This document shows positions 48,931-62,029 of a stretch of DNA of 64,000 nucleotides, in pieces; the first letter of the stretch is position 1; every line of letters starts with the position of its first letter. The stretch is from Mytilus californianus (lineage: Eukaryota): assembly GCF_021869535.1 (NCBI RefSeq), contig NW_026262690.1, positions 60,884,001 through 60,948,000 of the forward strand, written 5' to 3'. The notes under the pieces are model-generated. The model worked only from the letters and a program-made list of their open reading frames with translations, did not search any database and was not told where the DNA came from. Position numbers and translations under genes: made by a program.

Positions 48931-51900
48931 TAATAAATGAAGGGGGTGATTAATTATCTATACCATAACACACGAATAAAACAGAAAATACGTTAAGAAA
49001 TTTGACAAAATCTAAACTTTTAAATTTTAAATTTTATAGTTGGTGTCGTAGCAAAATGTTTATAAAGTATACTTGGATTAACATTTACTTATCAAAAACA
49101 TTGCCTAATTTGCTACGAGATGAATAAATAAAACTTTCACTTGGGTATAATCAAAACCAAACGAACAATAAATACAAACAAAGGGCCGTTACATTCATAA
49201 AATGAGCAACTGCTACAATGCCTCCTCTGTCACATCGTTCTTTTATAGATAACATACTTAAAATTATATTACTAGTACTCTAAAAGATACTTAAATACAC
49301 AGGCTGAAAGACGATAAATCCACGAAACATGCTTGGAGGATACCATTCAAATCCAGTAACCACTCTTCCGATGTGTGTGTAGTGGTCAGATGAAAGCCGA
49401 ATTTCGGAAAGCTGTATTTAGTTTTTCCTCACTTGACTGTCGGAAGTACCTATCCTTTCTTCCGGACTATCTAGTTTTCAGAAATTACCAATTGATTATT
49501 AGCAATTTGTTATTATTCATATTGTTTACAAATTTTGCCTCTGGACATCAAGAACAAATGATCCATATTTTATTGTATAGATTGGATTACATCATGCTTT
49601 TCAATAAATTTCATTTGCAAAGAAGATTCATTATCCCAAATATGTGATGTCAAAATACACTGAAATGAGACGATCGTTTTAGAATAGTTTTTTCATTAGT
49701 TAACTAACTTACTTTGGTACCATGTGCTTATGGTGATTCATATTATTGGAAATATTGTTGGCATACTTGATATACTAGGAAGGAGCGGGAGATGATAGCA
49801 ATACAAAAATAAGTCATAGAAAAACGATAAAAAAAAAGAACAAATCCATGATCAAAACGAAAAAAGATGAAAAGTGAAATAACATTCCACAAACAATACA
49901 CAAAAAAATGATACTGAACAAACGAAACCCATCGAAAACTATACGATATCAGTCATAACTGTGTTAGTTACATCTTTGTTTAATGTAACGGTTTTCCTAG
50001 CTGATTATTGTTTTCACTAAAATCAGATCTTCTCTCAGTTCTCTGAACTGGTATCTTTTCAATTTTATCAGTCATCTCATCGTATCCTATATCTTTCATT
50101 TCGCTCGCTTGTGTTGCATGTAAGGGTAGTGTTTCTTGAAAAAAAATTGAAAAAAAAATATATTCGGTTCTCTTTCTTCTCATGTCATTAACATGTGACA
50201 CCTCAATTCAGGTAACATTGTTTTAACAATATTCTAAATTATTTGTGCATTCCATTATTTGATTACCCTGTCATTCGTTCCGCTATTTCTTGCATTTTAC
50301 AATAAAATTTAATGAAACGCCTATTTATCAGCATGATAATTTTATTTACATTCGTTTTGTGCAGATTTAAGATATTGTGAGAGGTTGTTCCTCTAAAATG
50401 AAAAAGACAGGGATAAACTTTCAATAAGAAAAATGATCAGGATGACAAGATCTTCAAATCCACCAAAATTTTCCGAAATCTTTAGACGCTTCACTTGAGT
50501 GATTGCCCTTGAAGAATATATTATACTTTAAGATATTCGAAAACATCGGGTAAAAATTGGCCTTATCATATCTTCTCCATTGTGTTAATTTATCATATTG
50601 CAGTTATGAACATTCTTAGAGCATCTTCAATTAGTAACATGTTCAGAAATACGCCATTAACAGCTATCAAACATGACCAGCATCATCATTAAAATAGAAT
50701 CCCTCTTAAAGTTTTAGAATTTTTTTCAATGGGCAGTTGGTATCTAACTTTCAATAGTTGTATCAGTCATACATTTATCTTTTTCAAAACTAGGTTGACG
50801 CTGTCAAACATGTCATTTAAAAACAAAATCTTTCAAATATTTCAACATTTCAAAATAGTATGAAGTGCCATATAGTGCCGCTTAGTAAATTGCAACTTCT
50901 TAAGCTACTGAACATCAAAATATCTTTTACAAAAACAAGTCAAATTGTATGTTTTTAACCAAAGAGCCACACTAACAAAATGTACAGTCATATTCACTCA
51001 TTGTTGTTTTTATTTTGACAGCTATTTTCTAAATGCGTTATGTTCTTGTTGTGGGAAATTTTTAGTCCAAGGTAAAACACCATTGATGGTTGAAATATTA
51101 CACCGATAGCGTATAACGAGACTTGGACAAATACATATACTTTAACAACAGAACGGACTGAACAGTTAGGCGTTTAAACATCAATTATGCAAAGTACCAT
51201 AAAAATGGAGAAATATGAGTTGCATTATGTTTGGAAGGATTAGTTTTCCTGGTTTTTTTAGTTTTTATCGTTGTTCTTTCAAAAGTAAACATAAACATCC
51301 CTGCTATTTCTAATTTGAATAACAGTAGTCAATTATCGGATAAGCAATTATTAAAACAGTAAAAATGTCTTAATGTTCTAAATGTAATGCAAACAAGTGC
51401 AATTAAAAGAATTGTAAAGTGATAATTTTGATGACAATCATTAAAAATAACAGAAATAAACGATTTTAGATATGATACTCGCTTTTTGTTTAATGAAAAA
51501 GCAAAAATAATATCATCTATGAATCTCCTAAATTCAGCATGAACAAACATGGCAACGTTTGTACAATACTAAAACATCCTACGGGAATCGGAACGTCTAT
51601 TTATTGCTGTAAGAAACTTAAACTAATAATTAAGCACAACATTATTGAGCACTGACAGACAATTGAAAGCTTTATCAATGCATGTAAAAATGGAATGACA
51701 ATTACATAACTATCAAAAAGGCGGAAGCCTCAACCCTGTTTTGTTTCTTATTTATTAAAGCTGTTTCTAATTCTAACTGGTTTTCATTCAGCACTAGATA
51801 TTTAATAAAACATGTGAATAACCTTAAATTCAGAACTTTAAGTTAACAACTTTTCCATTCAATTGTGATTGGTCTATAATTTGAATCTTCTGAATGACCT

Positions 51901-52256
51901 TTATGTCTATAGAAAAAAATAGATGTGTTCGAACAACCATGCTTCTGCAATTTTACCTCGATAAAAAAAATACCAAACACTTTCAAATAAATAGGCAGTG
52001 ATTCTAACATCTACGTAATTTGGACTCTGAATGTAAGATGTCTCATTGCCAATCATATCACATTATCTTATTTTATATGTACTGTTAATATTTTTGATAA
52101 TACATTTTCATCTGGCATTCTTCTCCATTTTGGGTTCCTCGAAACTTTAAATTTTCTTTAGATCATGATAATGTCTGTTTTTTTTTCGAATTGAATTTTT
52201 TTTTTTTGTTGGCTCTTTGTATCTTCTACTTTTTGACTTGATGTTATATTACTATT

Positions 52257-52457
52257 TAATAAAATTGAGAACGGAAATGGGGAATGTGTCAAACAAAGAG
52301 ACAACAACCCGACCAAAGAGCAGAAAACAGCCCAAGGACACCAATGGGTCATCAACACAGCGAGAAAATCCCGCACCCGGAGGCGGGCTTCAGCTGGCAC
52401 CTAAACAAAAATGTATACTAGTTCAGTGAAAATTGACGTCACACTAAACTCCGAACT
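52257..52457 (-). mobile_element. Interspersed repeat 3' end (probable further PLE lineage)
   Basis: GC-rich CCCGCACCCGGAGGCGGG core with a terminal ..TTCCGTTCTCAATTTTATT on the minus strand; resembles a common mussel repeat from memory only. Confidence 0.5.
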
Positions 52458-53354
52458 TGTTTGTTTCTTGTGAAACAGGAGAATCATCTACTACGTCTGA
52501 CTTTTGTCCTATTCTCATTTTCCAGAACCCTTAGTAGAAATTTTTTTTAACTTTAATTATCGTATGAAAAAGAAAGCGTAATGGACACTAAAAACGTATT
52601 ATGTATTTCTCATTGTTGTGTGGTATAGGGAATGTGTCGTCCAAATTTGAAGATCAACGTACTTGAATAGTGCTAATACAAATGACTTAGTATCACTGCA
52701 ATTTCTACAATACAACCATTAAAAATCCAAATAATAATTTGACCTTAAGACTTCTAAAACATTGACCGTTCATGCGAGATAGAAAAAAGTTTGACATAAA
52801 TGGAAAGGCATAATTTTATCCTTTAAATTTAACGGTTCATCCCTTTCACTGACAACAACAATGTGACAACCCCATTAGGTGAATTAGGTAAATAGTTGCG
52901 GTTTTGAAACAATGCCTGGTTTTTATTCTTAAGAAAGAAAAAAAACATATGAATGAACGATTCATAGAGTACAAGAAACTTAAGGAATTACCTTCCTTTA
53001 ACTACAGACTCTGATAATACCGATCAACGTCGGTGAAGTGGAATTAACGTCTAGGTAGAAAATAATTACAGAAATAGCTTGCTGTTCACAGCTTCATTTC
53101 ATGCCCTTAGTAAGATAATATAGCATTCATGAAACAATATATTTGCTACATCGTGAGAAATTAGGATATAAATAGTTATGTAACATCACCTTTTTTCGCG
53201 TCTCTCTATTCAGACACAAATTGCATAGCAAATCTAAAACTGACAAAACAAAGTTCAACTACCTCTCATTTTTTTAATAATTCTTTTGCACTAAATTCGT
53301 GTAAACAGTAATGTCAACATATATTTTATAAACTATTTACATTTACATTTCTAT

Positions 53355-53515
53355 GATATAATCACGAATTGGTGTTGACCGGTACGATGTGTCTCAACTC
53401 ACTAGCGACGTGTTCGCGCAGTCTGAGATCTCTAGATACAAGTGAGGTCGTCTGATCTATAATTTTACTGATTGTATCCTATTCCCGATTATGATATTTT
53501 AAATGAGTTTGTATA
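53355..53515 (+). mobile_element. PLE lineage-3 RT end fragment
   Basis: ATCACGAATTGG..GTGTCTCAACTCACTAGCGAC..CCTATTCCCGAT matches 58955-59100. Confidence 0.75.
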
Positions 53516-56009
53516 TGTAATATTGTTAATATATTACTACCATGATATAAGCAAGTTAGAGCAATATGTCCTTTTTAACATCAAGGAATAACACATTTGA
53601 AATGATTCAACGAAATGAATGAACATCAAAAACCTTAAAAATGTAACGGGAAGAATTAGATTATTTATTCAAGTTTGAGATCTGGTAAGGTTAGGTTAGG
53701 TTTTCAGCAATTGTTTTCAAACCAACGAATTTTGTCACATTCAGCTCTATTAATTATTTTTAATTATGAAAAAACTAGTTAATATATTGAAATGGCCATG
53801 AATATAGTTTAATGTTTTAAGCTACAAAACTACATAATAGCTATCTGTTGTAACAACTGACTATCTTATGACATTTAAAATAATTTTATGTTTTACGATT
53901 GAGATAAAATAAAGTATACAATTAAGTTTAAACATAGGAACCGATAACAACATATCATTCATTAAATGTTCTGTGTTTCTTATCATCTGTCATTGACATG
54001 CAATATATTTTACCCTATAAAATTATGTAAGAATAAAATAAACAAAGAATCTTTTCCGAAATACTTTTCGTGATACATTTGGCGTTCAGATGTGCCATTC
54101 AATGTAATCTACCATGAATTTATATGACAAGAAATTCCCACAGGAATTAGTGCAATAATCTGGTCTTACTGAAGGCGTTATTTTTCATTTATTATTTAGA
54201 TACTACAGAAGCTGTATGGAAACAGAACATGTGACGTAGCTTACCAATTCCAAGGACAAGTTTTACAACCAATTACAAATACGTTCATAAATTACAAAAA
54301 GCCGATGGCACGATCCAAATATAACAAAACAATTCGGGTTGTTTGCACCTACATAGCAAAACCGTTGTATCGAATTCAGCAGATGTTTGCTTCTATATAT
54401 CGGGGTCTTCTGTAGCGGTAATACCTCTGTTGCTAATTAAGGCTACATTAGTTAACCGATATTCAAATATCATTAATCTGTTTATGTTTTAATCACCTGT
54501 TGATATCAAAACGTTAATGAAACCTTGTGCAATTTGGATATCTAAAATTTAACTTCGAAGATTTTCACCATTTCAACAAATAGCAATACATATGTTGAAG
54601 ACAATTTAATATAATATCATACATTTTACAAAGTAGATGTGGGTTGACGTCAGTAAGACATTTAATAACACAAAATCAAATGGCATATAGAGGTCAACGT
54701 CCAGACTTCAACAAAAGACAGTTGTCTACAAAAACTCATCCTCGATATCAGGATTTTAATTTAATACAGTTATACAATTCAAGTTCATTCATTCGACCCG
54801 AGTCTAAAAATGTGAATCAATTTAATGAAGACTATCGAATGTGTGTCTTTGACAATAAGTTCTCCAAATAAACAACATAAACATAAACATGCAGTTTTTT
54901 TAAATCTTTAAGCATTCCATTATAATTTTAGAATACATGTATGACATATGGGCAAACATTACATTCACTGCCCCTTTCGAACATCAATTCTTTGAACAAT
55001 CTGTTTGAAACATCTGTAACAAATCCCCTTTATTATCAGTACAAATAAACAACTATCGTCTAGGTTATGGTCCACTTTCAAGACCGGTCTGCTTCAGCTT
55101 CGGAGTAGAAGAACAGAGACACGACCCCTTTTATACCTTTCCTCTGCGAAATAGGTACTAATACCATTTTAGCCAATATGTTCCATCATAAATCAGTCAA
55201 ATCTAAAATACATCTCTACTTAAACAACCAGCCTTTCTAATCATCTCTTATACGTATATCACAGTGTTGCCAATATTTTTTTTCCACTACAAACATGTGT
55301 TGCAGGATCTCAATATTGAAGACTTAAAGTCTAAATCTCCTTATTGGAAAAGTATGTGCAAGATCCCCATTCATATATTATCTGGCTGGCCACCTTATAA
55401 CTAGTGACGTTAACATTGTCAATAAAACTTAACCTTAAATCTATAAACATAACTTAAAAGTAGTAATGAATGACGAGGATTATGTCAGACAATAGTCAAA
55501 ATGTGAAACCGACGACGTAGATGTACGAATCAGAATGACTTCAGCCGTGAGTTTGTTAATACAAATCAGAATTAAAACCCTTAATTGTTGCATGACAACT
55601 CAAACTACTTCAACCTTCAAAGACCTTAATATTTATAAGCATCTGCCCTTCCTCCGCGACAAATACGCTGCTAAACAGATATTGAGCCCCAGTCAAAGTC
55701 TCAAACAGTATTGTTTTTATTTTCAAATCATATATAACTGCTTGATGCCGGGAATAAGGTACTGACAATGTACTTAAAAACCTAAAATATACCCCCATGA
55801 CATTTTTAAAAGAGGAAATCATGGGCAACCATAGGTCTGTTTTATGTTCCTTATGTCTCATTTTGTTTCACAAAAAAAAAAAGAATGACCAACATATAAA
55901 AAATATTCTTATTTTGATATTATACTGTAAACTCTGATTGAAACATTTTTTTTTCTGAAATTGACATCATGAAAGTGCTTGTTTATTTTGGTTTTTTTTT
56001 CAATGGAGG

Positions 56010-56880
56010 ATGTGGGTTTTTTTTCAGCAGACAGTCAGCATTCAACATTTCTATGTGAACCAACTGAGCACCTCTTACTGGCTTGTTCATTTATTCATAT
56101 GAGGTAGACTTCATACAGGGCGTCTGAAGAAGAATGACAGGGAGCTGACATTATCATTTTACTTCACGTTCCACTTTAATATGATATTCTCTTACTGAAT
56201 AATTCACAGTTTTGTAACTAAGCAAGTTGTATCTCTCATATTGAACTTGAAATAAAAGTTAACCGTATTCTTCATATCTTAACTTAACTTAAAAATTGAA
56301 ATTGACAAAGTTGGTTGGTAAAGAACTAAACATTATTATTTTACCAATGTAAAATTTTCATTTCTGTATAGCATCATTACAGCAGAGCATGAATATGGAG
56401 TATTAATCTCGAATTTGGTAAGTTATTCTAGATCATGCGTTTCCTACCATGATTTCCTTCTTGATTATTGCAAATAACACGGAAGCTTTTGAAACAAGGG
56501 TTCCAAAGGGTAAAATTCAAGTCATCCATTATAATTTGATTGGACGTTATGGAAAATATGTGTCACAGACGGCCATTGGTACGCTCAATTTTTAGAAGCC
56601 AGAATTTCGCCCTCTCTTTTCTAAATTGCGACGTCACCAAATGTTTACTTGCCATGAGCAACACGAAGGATGCCCCTGGTGGAGGAGGAACTGCTTACTC
56701 TTCAGGAACACCTTACTTCACCCTCTTTTTTTGTTGGGTTCGTGTTACTCGATCTTTTGTTTTATGTGTAGTGTTTTGTGGAATGTTGTTTGATGTTTCG
56801 TCAGTTTGCATTTCGCTATGGTACTGTCCGTTTCCATTGACTTGTGACCTTCGTATCTTCTCTTTCATTTTACGTATTTG
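56010..56880 (+). mobile_element. Highly degraded PLE lineage-1 RT plus 3' UTR
   Basis: CAGCAGACAGTCAGCATT..ACCAACTG, TATGAGGTAGACTTCATACAG, CCATGATTTCCTT, GAGCAACACGAAGGATGCC..GGGTTCGTGTT. Confidence 0.7.
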
Positions 56881-57043
56881 AATTTTGACTTTAACCCTCC
56901 TATTTAACTATAAGAATGCTCCAACATAGAGATATTTAAATTTCTTAATAAGCGCACAAAAAGGGGAAACAGTTTGCAGTAAAACATAAGTATGTAGAGT
57001 ACCTCATATATATTCCCACTTGTTCAAATTGTGAAGGAAAAAA

Positions 57044-57089
57044 AACTCATCAAAGATACCATGCTAATAATATTGTACGCCAGACGCGC
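57044..57089 (-). mobile_element. Retrozyme family A extreme 3' end
   Basis: AAACTCATCAAAGATACCA..TACGCCAGACGCGC; truncated within stem III. A similar stub lies at 31042-31072. Confidence 0.65.
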
Positions 57090-58479
57090 CAGAATTTTAA
57101 ATTAAAGAAACAAATTAAATAACTTAACAAACAAGAAAACAAACAAAACAAAAAAAACAAACAGTATAAAATAAATTTTGCTAAAAAATAACTTTTACTT
57201 ACAATTGACATTCAGTTAGAATTCTACAAATCTTGAAATATAAAGTATAATTAAAATTCCAAATTTCTTATGTGGTAGCTAAAATCATATACCACACTTT
57301 TAATTATTGTACATACTCTGGCAGGCAATTCTGCCAAAATTTTGTCGATAAAAAAAGTTGCCCTAAGGTCTCTTCAATAAATGTGTGTGTCACGATCCAC
57401 CCTATACAGTGGTGGGTGCAGTATATGACCACATATGCCATTCAATCTTTTCGGTCAAATACAAATGAAAGACCCTTGACCGAGATTACTGTCAAGGTCA
57501 ATTGCATTCACTCCACTATCCGATTGTTACATTTTTAAGACATTTTTGATATCAGACCTAGTGGACAATTTTTTTAATTTCTCAAGCCAAATTCTGAAAT
57601 TATTTGTTCGTACACTACAAAAATTAATATACACTGGAAAACATGCAAGGTAATTCAAATATCTGATTTTTTTGGCAATTTTGAAATTGCTATTAAGGAA
57701 ATCTTTACGATTTCTAACATCTCTAAGATGCTTAAGAGAAGGGAGCTAATACATTCTTAATGGTTAATTTTATATGAAAGGAAACTAACTACAACTTTTC
57801 AAACATAACAACTGACAAAATGACAAACATTCCACAATGACAAACATTTCACAATGAAAACGTTAAAATAACTACATGTTTTTATTTATTTTTGTCTTAC
57901 TTATATATGCATCCTGTAAACCAGTAACAATACCAATAACATCTATTTACAAAACATGATTTTGCGTTCGAGTAGGCGATTTGACCTGAATAATGTCCCA
58001 ATTTGAAATTGTCCTATGTGTGAATGTAATGATAAAACTTGCAAGCCAATAAATGCTTTGAAGTATTGTTTCCCATAGGGTGTTAAAATGTACAATTGAA
58101 ATAAATAACAATAAAGAATGTTATTTCTAATAAGGATCACTAATATCTGCAATTTAGAATAATAAGCGGTGCAAAACCGCAAAAAAAATCCGATCCATTA
58201 CAATATTGATAACTTTTTGTAAAATCGCTTTTGACCATATTTTGTTTATCCTTACGGTAACGAAAACCTTTCTTTTTTGACATTACACTTTTGATACGTA
58301 CAACTTTTTTCTGGATTCCTTTTTCAAACTCATTCCTTGGCTTCCTGCAAAAAAAACATCTTCTGGTTCATCCCTTATAACAGTGAAATTCCTCGTTATT
58401 GCAAATGGTATTTCAGTGAAGTCATTCCAACTCTCATTTGACGAACAATTAAGATTTGAAAGTATTTTTGTTTTTGTAA

Positions 58480-59278
58480 GCAGAATTCATATAGAACCTT
58501 CTCAAGAACAAAACGAAAAAGCATCTTGCAAAGTTCTTTAATTCTACTATCAGATATATTGATGATGATCTGTCACTTAATAACCAACACTTCAATGAGG
58601 GCTTACATCTTGTATATCCAAGTGAACTTGAGATAAAGTATACTACCGAAATTAGAAGGTCCGCGTCATATCTTTATATTTTCCTCGATACTAACAGAGA
58701 GGGACGACATTAAACTAGAATCTATAACAAACGTGATGATTTCAACTTTCCAATTGTCAACTTCCCATTTCTCAGCAGGAACATACCCTCCGCTTCATTG
58801 TATGACGTTTACATATCTTAGTTAATACGGTATTCTCTAGCATGATCACACTATACAAACTTCATTAACAGGGGTGTGATCCTTACACAAAAACTGCTCT
58901 TACAGACTTATGAGGAAGGCTGACTGAAATCAACACTTCATCTGTTTTATGGTCACCATCACGAATTGGTTGATGGATACGTTTTGTTTTGTCTCAACTA
59001 GCTAGCGAAATGATTTCGCGGTCTTAGATCTTTAGATACCAGTAAGGTAGTCTGACTGGTAACTAAACCAATTGTGTTCTATTCCCGATAGTGATATTTT
59101 GACTGAGTGTGAATTTGCATGGACAATGAAGCATGCAAAGCAGAAGACGCTTACCCTGTCGTCGCATCTCGTCTCGCGCTTTTCCCTATTAGATTTCGTA
59201 AGTTTTTGTTTGATTTTTCTTATTTTTAATCGATTTACGAGATTTGAACATCGGTAAAAATATTGTTGCCTTATTTTA
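58480..59278 (+). mobile_element. PLE lineage 3 RT remnant plus 3' UTR
   Basis: FNSTIRYIDDDLSLNN..YPSELEIK..YNKRDDFNFPIVNFPFLSRNIP..FYGHHHELVD in frame with several stops. Confidence 0.9.
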
Positions 59279-59738
59279 ATTGTACACTTGAATTGTATTT
59301 TTTTATATACGTGATTTTATGGAATAAGTTATATAACGTTTATCTTGTGAAACTTTACCAGTTATCCGTGTTTTCGTTTTTTAGTGCCAAACTCTCTATA
59401 CGTATAAAAAGCGTTAGACGTACGTTTCGTGAACATATAGTAATTTTTTCGATCCATATCTACATGATATATTCAGTTGTTGATATCATAACTTCTTTTC
59501 ACTAGCAAACACTCGTCTATTTGGTAATAAGGAATATATTTGCTGTCGGACATTTGGGCATACGGAATCAACAAGTCATAAATTCATTTTTGTGCTCTTT
59601 CAGAACATTTAAATGATTATAGCAGAAATGTCGCCAACTTGTTCATAGATGCATTCAATACTTTAGAAACTCTAACATGTGGAATGCCCATTGTTTTTGA
59701 AATTATAGGTCGATATAACACGATATGGCTTCGAATTG

Positions 59739-60520
59739 ACTTGATATGGTTTTGTCATTACTTAGTATGGTTTTATCATTACTCGATGTCGTTTCACCAT
59801 TATTTAATGTGGTATTGTCATTAGGTAATATGGATGTGTATGTGGGTTAACGTAATATAGTTGTTTCGTTGATTACATGATGTGGTTTTGTTATTTCGTA
59901 ATGATGATTTACCAATTCTTTATATAGCTTTAACATTACAAAGTGATGTTTCAAAATTTGACGATTTTAAACTACATGATGTGTTCGTTCCAGTAGTTGA
60001 CGTGGTTCTGTCGTTCTTTATTGTGATTATCACAATACTTGATGAGGTAAAACCATGTGACCATTTGGGGAAAAAATAGTTCTATTTTTAAAACAGATTT
60101 CCATGTTTGTTTTATGTGCCTCGGATGAGTGTGGCTATCCATCGGCTTAGAGTTCAAATTAAAGTTCGGGTTACTGTTCGAGTTAAACTTCGAGTTAGTC
60201 TTCGATTTCAAGTTAGAATTCAAGCCATAATTAGAATTAAAGTTCGAGTAAGCATTGAGTTTCGAGTTGAATTACGAGTTTGAGTCACATTTAAAGGTAG
60301 AGTTCGAGTTACAATTCGACTTCAACTTTGAATTTGAGTCACATTTTGAGGTAGAGTTCGACTTAGACTTCGAATTTGAGTCTTATTCAGATTAAGATTT
60401 CGAGTTGAAATTCGAGTGATCTAATATGAGTTCGTATTTGAATTTTCTATCGCGGATCAAAGGCTTTTGCTCTGGCTTCCGAAAAGAGGGCTTAGGGGTA
60501 TGCGTACAAAAGATAAACAA
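59739..60520 (-). repeat. Unknown element with a 21-bp array and a hexamer array, left (inverted) copy
   Basis: 59739-60184 is the reverse complement of 62073-62555; hexamer array (GAGTTC-like) at ~60146-60440. Confidence 0.85.
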
Positions 60521-60562
60521 TGTTACAGTATACAAAACACAATATAGAAATCTAAATAAAGT

Positions 60563-61170
60563 TAGGAGATATGGTGTAATTGCCAATGAGACAACTATCC
60601 ACCAGAATCTAAATGCAGTGGATGTTAGCAATTATAGTCAACCGTACGGCCTTCAACACACCGTATAGTCGGCTATAAAAGGCCCCATGTGAAAATGTGC
60701 AAAAAATTCTAACGAGAAAACTAACGGCCTAATTTATAACAAAACAAATTAACGAAAAACAAATATGACACATATGAACCAACGACAACCATTAAACTAC
60801 AGGCTCCTGACTTAGGATAGGCACATAAAGAATGTGGCGGAGTTAAACATGTCTGTGAGCGCTCAACCCTAACCCTAACCTTGGACACTAGTGTAATAGC
60901 ACAACATAAGAAAAAACTAACAATCAATTGCAATTGGCTTAACTCAATAGATCGGTATGACTGGGCAATATAAATCCATCAAAATCCGAGGATGATCTCG
61001 GGTGCTCCAAAAGGGTAGGCAGATTCTGCTCAACGTGTGGCACCCGTCGTGTTATTCGTGTAAGTACAAACCCAGTGATTTGGTCTAATTCGGTAGGTCA
61101 CATTCGAGGAAAAGAGAATGGGATTGTGGTTACGACAATTGGAACATATACGTTTTGTCACCTGTAAAAC
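60563..61170 (-). mobile_element. Composite: repeat family G 3' region (60563-60960) joined to a PLE lineage-1 3' UTR (60985-61170)
   Basis: GCCAATGAGACAACT..ACAGGCTCCTGACTT..; then GATGATCTCGGGTGCTCC..CACCCGTCGTGTT. Another G end lies at 61480-61668 (+). Confidence 0.8.
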
Positions 61171-62029
61171 AGATATTCAAATACTTTTTTTTCAATTTAG
61201 TGGGAGGTATATCAGAAAACGCAATTTATAAAAAATAAAAGATTGATATTCGTATATGTTCATATGATCATACACGCTAAAATAAATCGGAGAATTCTTA
61301 TTTTATAGAATTGATGCTTTTTCGCTTAGTCCGATACCCCGTGTCCCTGTAACTTTAGTGTGAGTTGATCAAAAGTGTCTCATTTGTTGACAATTAAGTA
61401 CAAGTGATTTGATTTGTGTCGAGCCTGCGACAATCCTATTTCCGTCGTCGGTAGTGGCGTCGGTGTCTTCATCATTTCGATCGTTAGGTTTTTCTTTTGA
61501 ATTGTTTTACATTTGTCATTTCGGGACCTTTTATAGCTTACTATGCTGTATGGGTTTACCTCATTTTTGAAGACTATACAGTGACATATAGTTGTTAACT
61601 TCTACTTCATTTGGTATGTGTAGGAGAGTTGTCTCATTGACAATCATACCACATCTTCTTATTTTTGTGTAAGTTTTTTTTGCCTTAAATATTACCGAAT
61701 TAAACGGTTTTGCCATGATAAACTTGTAAACATACATGCATCGTTATAAACTTGTATAGGAGTTAATCTTCAAGATCAAGATAAAGCATCTACAGAAAAA
61801 CATTTTTTTTTATCTTTTTTTACCGATAAATGGACTTTTTACAGTCAGCTTTACACTTTTACACTGACAGCAGCAATCTCAGGCGAGACACAGGGTTCTG
61901 TGGAATCCTTTACGAAATTATCATCATACTGCTTCCATTTCAGAGCTATGGAATAAAAACCGGCCGGACCAAGTGGTCAGGGGATTTCCCCCTTATGTCC
62001 GAAATATCGTTATTCTTTTTTAAGTACTT

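Noticed and set aside
49300-49460. Possible C-type lectin-like exon (SGYWI*) on the minus strand
   Set aside because: Two in-frame stops, no cysteine pattern and no convincing splice sites.
50400-50820. Possible ancient LINE RT remnant on the minus strand (RQPSFEKDKC..D, FDS)
   Set aside because: Only two short, imperfect motifs amid many stops; not supportable without a search.
55098-55135. Minus-strand TATAAAAG with an Inr-like CTACTCC about 29 nt downstream
   Set aside because: Expected by chance in 64 kb of AT-rich DNA, and no linked exon could be shown.
57950-58470. Minus-strand stretch with low stop density (..IRDEPEDVF..RKPRNEFEKG..)
   Set aside because: Frameshifted, and no recognisable family motif; cannot be assigned without a homology search.
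60864-60880. (TAACCC)n telomere-like repeat, also at ~63779-63795
   Set aside because: Under three units, embedded in a family G repeat; not evidence of a telomere or telomeric PLE attachment.
60563-61668. Inverted family G copies centred near the same point as the outer inverted repeat, suggesting one 2.8-kb palindrome
   Set aside because: The G copies are much more diverged and the intervening segments (60520-60563 versus 61700-62030) do not align; they are more likely independent insertions.
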